From: a virus
Lineage: Duplodnaviria; Caudoviricetes
Virus record (IMG/VR): IMGVR_UViG_3300023174_000162
Span: 2,041 to 66,040 of that record
Length of the DNA: 64,000 nt
Direction: 5' to 3' (one strand)
Positions 55,796-64,000 of this stretch are shown piece after piece (position 1 is the stretch's first letter; each line of letters starts with the position of its first letter). A model generated the notes under the pieces. It did no database searches, was not told the origin of the DNA, and saw only the letters and a list, made by a program, of their open reading frames with translations. Both the position numbers and the translations under genes were made by a program.

Positions 55796-56788
55796 TTACT
55801 TTAAGACAACTTTTGATCCTTCCCACGAGAACTTAAAGTTATAAACTTTGCAACCGACAAATTTGTTTATCTCATTGATAACATTCTGTCGTTTCTCTGG
55901 GGAAACATAAAAGAGGAAGAATCCACCTCCACCAGCTCCTAGGAGTTTTCCTCCAATCGAACCAGCTTTAATGGCTTTATCATAGACGTCGTCGAAGAAC
56001 GACTGGGATATTCCTTTAGCGATCTCTTTCTTTTCCATCCACGCTTCATGAAAGAGATTACCAAAATCGTCGATCTTACCTTCACCTAAGTAGGTAGCAG
56101 CAACAAAGGCGCGATCAACTGCTTTTTTAATTAATTTAAATTTATCACCACCTGATTTGATGGCATCGTTGTGCTTCTTAAGTATCTCATTAGCAGATCG
56201 AGAAACTCCACTGTATACTAGCAGAAGATTATTTTCTAGAGTTTGTAGATCTTTTGAATTTGTTGTGGGTTTTAAGACGTTGACAGTTTCATTCGAATTG
56301 AATTGAAATAGGTTTAGACCACCAAATGCAGCAGCATATTGATCTTGTTTACCTATAGGATATCCACATCTATCTATCTCAACTTCACATGCAGTTTCTG
56401 CTAACGCATTAGGACTAGAAATATTAAGACCGTTATAAGCAGCATCGCAACCATTGACTAACCCCACTGTAAATGCAGAAGAAGACCCTAAGCCAGATCC
56501 TTTTGATGGGATATCGCTTAGGGACGCAATTGTGATCTCACGATCAACTTTAAAATATTGTAACGTCTGTTTAGTAATCTCATGGTTCATCATATCTAGA
56601 TTATCGAGATCTTGTATCTCATCATACATGATTCGAATACCACGATTAGGAGTCTTATGGATACAGACGTTGATGTACTTATCAATTGTAACAGATAGAG
56701 CTGCTCCAGGAGATTTACTATAAAACGATTTCATATCACTTCCTCCTGAGAAGAAGGATATGCGTAATGGTGTTTTTGTTACTATCAT
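55796..56788 (-). CDS. hddA: GHMP kinase, D-glycero-alpha-D-manno-heptose-7-phosphate kinase-like
   Basis: TPLRISF..GGSD, GSGLGSS, GKQDQY, GGKLLGAGGGG. Confidence 0.88.
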   Translation of the reverse strand: MIVTKTPLRISFFSGGSDMKSFYSKSPGAALSVTIDKYINVCIHKTPNRGIRIMYDEIQDLDNLDMMNHEITKQTLQYFKVDREITIASLSDIPSKGSGLGSSSAFTVGLVNGCDAAYNGLNISSPNALAETACEVEIDRCGYPIGKQDQYAAAFGGLNLFQFNSNETVNVLKPTTNSKDLQTLENNLLLVYSGVSRSANEILKKHNDAIKSGGDKFKLIKKAVDRAFVAATYLGEGKIDDFGNLFHEAWMEKKEIAKGISQSFFDDVYDKAIKAGSIGGKLLGAGGGGFFLFYVSPEKRQNVINEINKFVGCKVYNFKFSWEGSKVVLK

Positions 56789-57783
56789 GTTCTATACGTA
56801 AACATCTGTTCAGCTTTAGTGATCTTACGACTCTCAACAGTTGGATATTTTTCTTTTAGTTGTGTTAATAGGTTAGTCCACTTGGCTGCAATCTTACCCC
56901 AACTATAACGATGATCAGTGTAGGATTTTACAAACTTACTATAAGCTTGAATATCATCCTCTAGTACATTGCCAATAGCAAAGTCAAGCGCATTATAGAA
57001 CTGCTGAGCATGGATGTTCTTATCTTGATCTCCTTGATACATAAGATTCAATCCACCTGACGTCTCATATAGAGCACCATAGTTAGGATGAACACATATC
57101 AATCCAGCTGACATAGCTTCTAACATAGCACGACATGATGTTTCAAGCCATGTGGATGGATATGCATGAATGTGACACTTCTTTAGATGCTCATGTAGTT
57201 CAGTATTAGGCACAAAGCCGTGATAGTTGATCTTTGGATGTTTACGACATGCCTCATAAAGAGGTTCAAACTGTTTATCAGCTTCTGGCCATCCATAGAT
57301 CTGAAAGCTAGAGAATACGTCTAACTCGATGTTATCATACTTCTCACACAGCTTATCAAATACGGGAATTAGAATGTCCAATCCACGTTGAGGTGTAGAA
57401 GAATAGACAAGACGAATCTTATCCTTAGGTTTCTCTACCCATTCTATTGGTTGAATACCAGAATCAATAACAGTATTTTCAGTATTGTATGGCATATTGC
57501 ATAACAACTGAAAACGACTATATTGCCAATCTGAGATATAAACAAAGTGATGAAACTTATTACGATATGCCTCATCCTTTAGTTTATTACACTCAGGATC
57601 TTCTGGCATATCATGCAACCAGTAAACCCTGATCTTTGTTTCATCTAGATCTCTTACACGAGAACATATAATTTGAAAATCATCTAGCAGTTCGGATGGA
57701 ATGAGTTGCGCTAACTTACGTTTAGCGATCTCTGTTCCACCATTTGCATTTTTACTAATTTCATTTTCTTCAAATCCGGCCAT
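56785..57783 (-). CDS. Glycosyltransferase (GT-B/GT4-like)
   Basis: NGGTE, STPQRGL, ETSC..MLEAMSAG. Confidence 0.88.
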   Translation of the reverse strand: MAGFEENEISKNANGGTEIAKRKLAQLIPSELLDDFQIICSRVRDLDETKIRVYWLHDMPEDPECNKLKDEAYRNKFHHFVYISDWQYSRFQLLCNMPYNTENTVIDSGIQPIEWVEKPKDKIRLVYSSTPQRGLDILIPVFDKLCEKYDNIELDVFSSFQIYGWPEADKQFEPLYEACRKHPKINYHGFVPNTELHEHLKKCHIHAYPSTWLETSCRAMLEAMSAGLICVHPNYGALYETSGGLNLMYQGDQDKNIHAQQFYNALDFAIGNVLEDDIQAYSKFVKSYTDHRYSWGKIAAKWTNLLTQLKEKYPTVESRKITKAEQMFTYRT

Positions 57784-57792
57784 TTTATATCC

Positions 57793-58521
57793 TTAAATCT
57801 TAAATCCACTTTTCATAGAGTCATCATAGAACATCTGCACAGTCTCACGTGAGAACTCACGAAGATCTTTACCGATAGTAGGTAACTTGTAGATCATATC
57901 GGGTGTCATAGTAATAATATCTACACCAAGTTCCTTTGCTTGAATATAATTATAGATCTCTCTAGGTGATGCCCAAAGAAATTCAAGGTTTGGATATCGT
58001 GCACCACGAAGATTAATACCATCTTGGAAGATAGGAATAGGATCAACGCCTGCATCTGCAATACGACCAGCAAAGATCGAGATGATCGATGGGATATGCA
58101 TGTTTATATTCTGAATAGCACTACGTACTTGATCGATCGTAAACACTGCAGTGATGTTCATAGGAACTTCTTGCAAGCTTAAACTACGAATTAGATCATA
58201 GCTATCATATCCCTTTGTATTCATAATAGGGATCTTAACATATACTTTTGCACCTGCTTCTTTTGCCCATGATTTAATAAGCAAAGCTTGACGTTCCATC
58301 TCATCAAATTCATCAGCAAATACTTCTAAACTAATACTCTTCTCAGGACAGTTTAGTGCAATATGCTTAAGAGCGTCTTTAGCGAACTGCTCGTAATCCG
58401 TCACTCCGCTCTTCGCCATTAATGTTGGGTTCGTCGTGAATCCTTTTATCATAGGATCTTGTGCCATTCGGATTATGTCGCTCCACTTGGCGCTGTCTGA
58501 GAATACTTTGATGTCTTTCAT
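57793..58521 (-). CDS. tal: Transaldolase (short TalC/FSA-like)
   Basis: GFTTNPTLM, VYVKIP, NITAVFT, SIFAGRIAD, LWASPRE. Confidence 0.9.
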   Translation of the reverse strand: MKDIKVFSDSAKWSDIIRMAQDPMIKGFTTNPTLMAKSGVTDYEQFAKDALKHIALNCPEKSISLEVFADEFDEMERQALLIKSWAKEAGAKVYVKIPIMNTKGYDSYDLIRSLSLQEVPMNITAVFTIDQVRSAIQNINMHIPSIISIFAGRIADAGVDPIPIFQDGINLRGARYPNLEFLWASPREIYNYIQAKELGVDIITMTPDMIYKLPTIGKDLREFSRETVQMFYDDSMKSGFKI

Positions 58522-59044
58522 GATCTAACTCCGCAATAAGTTTTACAGCTCTAGTAATAGTTCTAACTATATAATCTGGTTTAATATTAATATGTTCTTC
58601 TGGCCAATCAGTCTGTGTTTCACCATTCATGATTAAGATAGTTGTCAACCCAACTCGTTTACCACAAACAATATCTCTCCAACGATCGCCAACAAAAAAA
58701 CTTTGCTTTACGTCTATTTTATAATCTGTGATTAACTCATCTACCATTCCTGTATTAGGTTTATACCGATAAGAACCCCGCTCTGAACATACTTTAATGT
58801 TATCAATCGGCAATCGCTTTATCATTAAAGAATTCATTCGATGAAGATCTTCAAGTTTTAATTTACCATCAAGCACGTCTGGCTGATTAGTAACTACAAA
58901 GTTTTTAAATCCATGATTTTTAGTTTCATTCAAAGCAGCTCTTGCAGTAGGATATAGTTCAAAGTCTTCATACTTCCATGCTGCATGCTTATCAACTAAT
59001 TTAGAGATAACTCCATCTCTATCAAAGATAACAGCTTTTACCAT
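58379..59044 (-). CDS. gmhB: Heptose-1,7-bisphosphate phosphatase (HAD)
   Basis: FDRDGV, VTNQ, KPNTGM, FVGDRWRD. Confidence 0.88.
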   Translation of the reverse strand: MVKAVIFDRDGVISKLVDKHAAWKYEDFELYPTARAALNETKNHGFKNFVVTNQPDVLDGKLKLEDLHRMNSLMIKRLPIDNIKVCSERGSYRYKPNTGMVDELITDYKIDVKQSFFVGDRWRDIVCGKRVGLTTILIMNGETQTDWPEEHINIKPDYIVRTITRAVKLIAELDHERHQSILRQRQVERHNPNGTRSYDKRIHDEPNINGEERSDGLRAVR

Positions 59045-59625
59045 GTTGTTGCTTTCTCTTGAAGATCGGGATGAGATACCATACAATGCCAAACAACAGC
59101 TTGAAATGCTTCTGATATTGGTGTAACTAGCTTTTCATCAGTGTAAGGTATAACAATAGCTACATCAGATTTCTGCGCAGCATAACCATCAGGCTTACCT
59201 ACGATAGATACAATAGGACATCCAATATCTAATGCGTGATCAATAGCATGAACTAGATTCATAGAGATATTACGCTCTTTAGATCCACCACCTACAGATA
59301 GAACAACAATACAATCTCCAGCAGATAGACAACTAATTTTTAACCACTCTTTAAATACTGTTTCCCAACCTTCATCATTAGTACGTGCAGTAAGTTCTGA
59401 CACATTATCAGTAGGAGCATATGCTTGAATGCTACATAGTTTACGAAGATCGTTAACCATATGAGATGCATTACCAGCAGAACCACCAACTCCTAGAACA
59501 AATACACGGCCTCCTATCTCACGTGTGTTTGCAAGAATTTCTACTGCTGTATCAATCTTGATATTATCAAGGGAAAGAGCCGTCTTAGAAGAAGAGGCCA
59601 TAAAATGTTTAACATGATCTGTCAT
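59038..59625 (-). CDS. gmhA: Phosphoheptose isomerase (SIS domain)
   Basis: GVGGSAGNASH, LTARTND, SVGGGS. Confidence 0.88.
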   Translation of the reverse strand: MTDHVKHFMASSSKTALSLDNIKIDTAVEILANTREIGGRVFVLGVGGSAGNASHMVNDLRKLCSIQAYAPTDNVSELTARTNDEGWETVFKEWLKISCLSAGDCIVVLSVGGGSKERNISMNLVHAIDHALDIGCPIVSIVGKPDGYAAQKSDVAIVIPYTDEKLVTPISEAFQAVVWHCMVSHPDLQEKATTW

Positions 59626-59654
59626 TTGAAACTCCAATTCACTTTAACTATATT

Positions 59655-59684
59655 ATTATATATCAGTACTTTTATTAAGTACAC
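59655..59684 (-). promoter_or_regulatory. Early-type promoter driving the heptose cluster
   Basis: GTGTAC-N18-TATAAT. Confidence 0.65.
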
Positions 59685-60084
59685 TCTTTATTACATGTGC
59701 TTTTCTTATCTTACACGAAACCCATTCGTTATAGTAACTATCAGACAATAACGCATGACGAGAAAATATCTCAAATGTTTCCCAATAAGAACACTCTGAT
59801 CTTGATTTACAAAGATGCAAGACTTCTCTTATATACTGATCTTCACCGTTTTGCTTAACTTCTTCTTGAAGTGTCGTGCTTGAAGACCAATAATCCATCC
59901 AACCAGAATCTACTCTAAGTCTTTTCTTCTTACCTTTAACCATCTTGGTTTTGGCTTTTGTGAAGAACTTCTTTCCTACATACCTTCTTCCAGTTAATGT
60001 GTGAGTTATAAGATAAACAAACCCGAAGTATCCTTCGACATCTTCGGGTTTTACTTCTTCATTCGTATGTTGATAAAGCCACAT
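59656..60084 (-). CDS. GIY-YIG-like nuclease
   Basis: GFVYLIT...GRRYVGKK, YWSSS, YYNEW. Confidence 0.8.
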   Translation of the reverse strand: MWLYQHTNEEVKPEDVEGYFGFVYLITHTLTGRRYVGKKFFTKAKTKMVKGKKKRLRVDSGWMDYWSSSTTLQEEVKQNGEDQYIREVLHLCKSRSECSYWETFEIFSRHALLSDSYYNEWVSCKIRKAHVIKSVLNKSTDI

Positions 60085-60269
60085 TACCACTCTTCTTCAT
60101 CGTCATTATCTTCATCTTCCTCATCTTCTTCATCAAACTCTTCATAAAGAGAATGACCACAGAACGGGCAAAATGATACTTCTTCTTCATCAATACCAAA
60201 CTGTGCAACTGAGAACTCAGAAGTGCATGACTCGCATATGATGATATCATCATTATCGGAAAAGTTCAT
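60084..60269 (-). CDS. Small zinc-ribbon protein with acidic tail
   Basis: CESC...CPFCG followed by a D/E run. Confidence 0.7.
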   Translation of the reverse strand: MNFSDNDDIIICESCTSEFSVAQFGIDEEEVSFCPFCGHSLYEEFDEEDEEDEDNDDEEEW

Positions 60270-60277
60270 AGCATTCC

Positions 60278-60697
60278 TTATTCACACCAAGATTTCTTGG
60301 CTTCACCAAAATACGGACGAGCATGACCATTTGCAATCAACTCTTTACTTAGTGACTTACCATCGATGATAACATCACCTAAGACTCTTCCCCCAAACTT
60401 ATCCCACTCTTTTAATTCAATTTGAATGGTCTTAGCATTTGCTACTGACTTTTTTGTAAACTCAGATGCAGCTGCTGCAAGTTTTGCTTCTTTATCGCAT
60501 TTAGCTCTACCACCTTTTTCTGGTGTATCTACACCTAGAACTCTAATAGATAATTTCTTAGGAAGTGGATCAGGAAGAAAATTTGCTTCAAACTCAACCG
60601 TGTCACCATCTACAACCCGAGTAACTTTATAGTCATATAGATTTCCAGCAAATGCGCTTGTACTCATTAGCATGAGCATAAAAAATAATTTTTTCAT
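60278..60697 (-). CDS. Thermonuclease (SNase-like) with signal peptide
   Basis: RVVDGDT, IRVLGVDTPE, DKFGGRVLG. Confidence 0.9.
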   Translation of the reverse strand: MKKLFFMLMLMSTSAFAGNLYDYKVTRVVDGDTVEFEANFLPDPLPKKLSIRVLGVDTPEKGGRAKCDKEAKLAAAASEFTKKSVANAKTIQIELKEWDKFGGRVLGDVIIDGKSLSKELIANGHARPYFGEAKKSWCE

Positions 60698-60705
60698 AAT
60701 AATCC

Positions 60706-61314
60706 TTATAGAACTTGTTTAGCTTTTTCGTAGTGTGCTTTACGATCTTCTAAACCAATTGTGCCACCATTAATCTTCTTAGTCATAGCTACTACATCGT
60801 CTTTATCTGCAATAGCATTTAACCCATTTGTTTTCCAGAACCAGCATGCAGATTCAATAGCACCATCTAGTGTTTCTAGGTGAGTGATCGTCTCATCAAT
60901 TGTTTTACCAATAGCTGTAGAAAATCTAGTGTAATTATCTTTACCAGTAAGTTGAATAGCGCCTCTACCTCTGTGCTTCCATCCATCACCAGAAGCTTCA
61001 TCACCATTACTCATACGATTAGCATAAACTTTATTTGCGATCTTTTCTGGTTGACGCTCATATTTTAATGCTGTTGCTTCATCTGGAAAATACTTCTTAA
61101 ATGTTCCAACTAATCCCTTTGCACCATAATTAAGATTCTCTTTCAATACGGTGAAGTCAACCGACTCATGTCCACATTGAGCTAAGAATCCAGCTACACG
61201 ATTCTTAGTATTGATTTCATACTTATCTAAGTACTTATTTAATGCTTCAGCAAGAGCGGCATTATTCTTATTTCTTGTTGTAATTTTATCTAGTTGCTCT
61301 TTCGTTACCTTCAT
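60706..61314 (-). CDS. GH19-family endolysin
   Basis: FLAQCGHES, ENLNY, RGRGAIQLTGKDNY, SACWFW, INGGTIGLEDR. Confidence 0.92.
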   Translation of the reverse strand: MKVTKEQLDKITTRNKNNAALAEALNKYLDKYEINTKNRVAGFLAQCGHESVDFTVLKENLNYGAKGLVGTFKKYFPDEATALKYERQPEKIANKVYANRMSNGDEASGDGWKHRGRGAIQLTGKDNYTRFSTAIGKTIDETITHLETLDGAIESACWFWKTNGLNAIADKDDVVAMTKKINGGTIGLEDRKAHYEKAKQVL

Positions 61315-61364
61315 GACTTCTCCTATTTTTTATTATCATTAATTTTAAACTGCGCTGTCTCCCA

Positions 61365-61823
61365 TTATATATGCTTTCCTTCACACATTAATTTATATAC
61401 CTTACCTCTTGGTGAATCTTCAGGAACATCAGCTATAAACTGACCAAACTCATACTTGTTTACCCAAATAACTTTATGGTTTATATCAGTAAAAAAATCT
61501 TTTAATAAAAATATACGATCGTTTCCACAATCAGCTAGACCATAATTAAATATTCTATGGATAAAATCATTTGTAGTGGTGCTTTTTACAAGCTTATCAT
61601 ATACTATCATCGTATGCATAACAGTCATACCGTTGATCTTATCTGTTTCTCCTCTAGATAGATATAGTTCCCAATCATTATGGCGTCCTACAAATTCCCA
61701 TTCAGTTTTATCATACTTGACATATATGTCATCAGATTCAGTTTTATCAAATTTAAGTCTAAACGGCTCAGCACCAGCCGTGAGTGTTATAAACATCAAT
61801 AGTGATGCGATCAACCGTTTCAT
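61365..61823 (-). CDS. Hypothetical exported protein
   Basis: Signal peptide MKRLIASLLMFITLTAGA. Confidence 0.7.
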   Translation of the reverse strand: MKRLIASLLMFITLTAGAEPFRLKFDKTESDDIYVKYDKTEWEFVGRHNDWELYLSRGETDKINGMTVMHTMIVYDKLVKSTTTNDFIHRIFNYGLADCGNDRIFLLKDFFTDINHKVIWVNKYEFGQFIADVPEDSPRGKVYKLMCEGKHI

Positions 61824-61847
61824 AGTAGCTCCTTATTTTATAATCTA

Positions 61848-62825
61848 TTAAGCCCAAACGTCTTCCCATGTTCCACTCAATGCACCTTTAGCATAATCAG
61901 TGGCTCTATTCTCAAAGAAGTTAGTATGCGTTGGTGCATTAATCATCTCCTCAACCCAAGGTAAAGGGTTCTTCTTGACTTTGAATATACCTTTGAGACC
62001 CAAACTAATAAGGCGACGATCAGCAATATAACGTATGTATTTTTTAACGTCATCAGCAGAAAGATCTGGCATATTACCCATGCCAAAAGCAAGATCGATA
62101 AACTTATCTTCAAGTTCAACCATTCTTTCAGCGATGCTATAGATCTTTCCTTTAAGCTCATCATTCCAGATTTCTCTATTCTCTTCGATATAAGTTCTAA
62201 ACAACTTAATCATGGATTCAGCATGCATAGTCTCATCAACAATAGACCATGTAACTATCTGACCCATTCCCTTCATCATCCCGTGGCGTGGGAAATTAAG
62301 TAACATGATAAAGGAACTAAATAGTTGCATTCCTTCGGTGAAAGCAGAGAATACTGCAATGTGAGTAGCAGTAGAAGCCCTATCGCCATTCTGTGAACTA
62401 ATATCAAGAACATAATCATGTTTATCCTTCATCTCCTGATAAGCTAGGAATTCATTATATGTTGTATCTGGAAGTCCTAATGTTTCAATTAGATGACTGT
62501 ACGCAGCTACATGTAGAGCCTCCCGAGCAGCAAACCCTAGAAGCATCATCCTCACTTCTGGTTGTGGAAAGTACGGGAGATAATTCTTTACATAACCGCC
62601 CGCCACATCCACATCCCCTTGAGTGAAGAAACGAAATATGTGAGTTAGAAACTGCTTCTGCTCTGGAGTTAATTTCTTCTTCCAATCTTTTACATCCTCC
62701 AACATAGGGACTTCTGTATGCAGCCAGTGCGACTGCTCATGCTTCAACCATGCATCATATGCCCATGGATAGTTGAAGGGCTTGAACGATGAACGTTCAT
62801 CTGTTAGTACACTTTTCTTAGACAT
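61848..62825 (-). CDS. nrdB: Ribonucleotide reductase class Ia beta subunit
   Basis: FFTQGD, EALHVAAYS, EGMQLFSSF, DETMH, NFFENR. Confidence 0.97.
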   Translation of the reverse strand: MSKKSVLTDERSSFKPFNYPWAYDAWLKHEQSHWLHTEVPMLEDVKDWKKKLTPEQKQFLTHIFRFFTQGDVDVAGGYVKNYLPYFPQPEVRMMLLGFAAREALHVAAYSHLIETLGLPDTTYNEFLAYQEMKDKHDYVLDISSQNGDRASTATHIAVFSAFTEGMQLFSSFIMLLNFPRHGMMKGMGQIVTWSIVDETMHAESMIKLFRTYIEENREIWNDELKGKIYSIAERMVELEDKFIDLAFGMGNMPDLSADDVKKYIRYIADRRLISLGLKGIFKVKKNPLPWVEEMINAPTHTNFFENRATDYAKGALSGTWEDVWA

Positions 62826-62832
62826 ATATATT

Positions 62833-63369
62833 TTATGTTTTATTTGTGATTTTAACTGCAAAAGTGGTGTTTGCAAATTGAGCAAGCTCTTCATATGACA
62901 GTCCTGTTGCATCTAGGAATTCCATAAACGCCTTATGTTCATGCTCTTCCCATTCTGGATATCCTTTTAGTTCATCGAAGATAATAACGGTTCCTGGTAC
63001 TATCCTATCTTTTAACCTATCAAGGACAAATTTAGTTGAAGAATAGATATCACAATCAATATGAAGAATAGATACTTTTTCTAGATGACTAATTAGAAAA
63101 TTATCTAAAGTATCTTGGAACAATCCGATAACTAACTCTACATTTGGACCACATGATGGAACATCACACGCAAATCCACCAACTGGTTGATCGTACCACG
63201 CTTCAGGTAAACCTTTAAACGAATCAAATCCATACCATTTACTATTTGTTAAGGTAGCTAATGTATCAATTGATGACCCAGTTGCTACTCCAAATTCTAA
63301 ACACATACCTTCTATTTTTGCTGCATCTACAGCATTACTCCAAACAGATCCTCTACTTCCTCTACTCAT
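62833..63369 (-). CDS. Class I SAM methyltransferase-like (TylF/MycF type)
   Basis: LEFGVATG, GFDSFKGLPE, HIDCDIYSS, IIFDE. Confidence 0.85.
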   Translation of the reverse strand: MSRGSRGSVWSNAVDAAKIEGMCLEFGVATGSSIDTLATLTNSKWYGFDSFKGLPEAWYDQPVGGFACDVPSCGPNVELVIGLFQDTLDNFLISHLEKVSILHIDCDIYSSTKFVLDRLKDRIVPGTVIIFDELKGYPEWEEHEHKAFMEFLDATGLSYEELAQFANTTFAVKITNKT

Positions 63370-63373
63370 ATTA

Positions 63374-64000
63374 TCACTCGCATGCTAAACAGACTTCTTC
63401 TGTAGCTAGTTGTTTTAAATTAATTTCTTGCATAACTTCACGTTCAATTCTACGTGATACTTTATCAGCTTTTGCAAGTTTCTCTGAACGGCAATAATAT
63501 AGAGTCTTCAATCCTTGTTTCCATGCTTGGAAATGAACAGCATGAAGATATTTGACATTAGTATCAGGACGGAAAAATATATTAACTGATTGAGCTTGAT
63601 CAATATAATTTTGACGATCTGCTGCATGCTGAATAATCCAGCGTTGATCGATCTCCATCGCAGTCTTAAATACATCTTTTATATATTCATCCATCCAATC
63701 TAGATGTTGACATGATCCATCATTTGCAATAATAGAAGACCACACCTCATCATACAACATACCAAGTTTATTTCCAACAGGAGGACTATCGCAATACTTT
63801 TTAATGATAGCATCTAAGAACTTATTCTTATTTAATGACGATCCTGAGAGTGTGTCTTGTCTATATGCATTTGCTCTATATGGCTCAATACTAGGAGAAG
63901 TGTTGCCCATGATAATAGAAGAGCTAGCATTGGGTGCAATAGCCATGAGATGGCTGAAGCGAAGACCAGTACCTGCAGCATCCGGCGCTTCACCACGTTC
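63374..64000 (-). CDS. nrdA: Ribonucleotide reductase alpha subunit, 3' part
   Basis: AIAPNASSS, IDQAQSVN, KTLYYCR, C-terminal CLACE. Confidence 0.97.
   Translation of the reverse strand, partial: ERGEAPDAAGTGLRFSHLMAIAPNASSSIIMGNTSPSIEPYRANAYRQDTLSGSSLNKNKFLDAIIKKYCDSPPVGNKLGMLYDEVWSSIIANDGSCQHLDWMDEYIKDVFKTAMEIDQRWIIQHAADRQNYIDQAQSVNIFFRPDTNVKYLHAVHFQAWKQGLKTLYYCRSEKLAKADKVSRRIEREVMQEINLKQLATEEVCLACE

Noticed and set aside
1-64000. Genome-wide TAG reassignment (code 15) suggested by the suppressor tRNA
   Set aside because: Core and late genes are full length under the standard code, with no in-frame TAG fragmentation.
61848-64000. Intron or intein in nrdA/nrdB
   Set aside because: The visible reading frames are continuous and of normal length.

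Overview
This is a 64-kb segment of a large, AT-rich T4-like myophage genome. A betaproteobacterial (Burkholderiales-like) host is inferred from the PqqA peptide and the tmRNA tag. Bases 1-27 kb hold the baseplate/tail module: VrlC-like proteins, gp8, gp7-like, gp6, gp25, gp5, hub, gp53, gp48, gp4, gp2, gp54, gp26, a gp51-like ORF probably reached by -1 frameshift, and two tape-measure-like paralogues. Bases 27-31 kb hold gp32, gp59, gp33, dps, a SleB-like hydrolase, an unannotated pqqA and a circularly permuted (two-piece) tmRNA. Bases 31-56 kb are an early/accessory region with repeated early promoters, phoH, rnh, groES and 19 tRNA genes interleaved with several unannotated structured RNAs. 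Bases 56-64 kb hold a heptose-biosynthesis/glycosyltransferase cluster, nucleases, a GH19 endolysin, nrdB and the 3' part of nrdA. The most striking candidate novel system is at 51847-52416. An amber-suppressor tRNA(CUA) is followed directly by a mini-ORF M-R-Y-I-G-[UAG]-I-I-R-P-P-stop. That ORF's stop abuts a 13-bp hairpin burying the Shine-Dalgarno of the next gene, suggesting an amber-readthrough-gated translational switch. All calls come from reading the sequence by eye; no database searches or folding computations were run.
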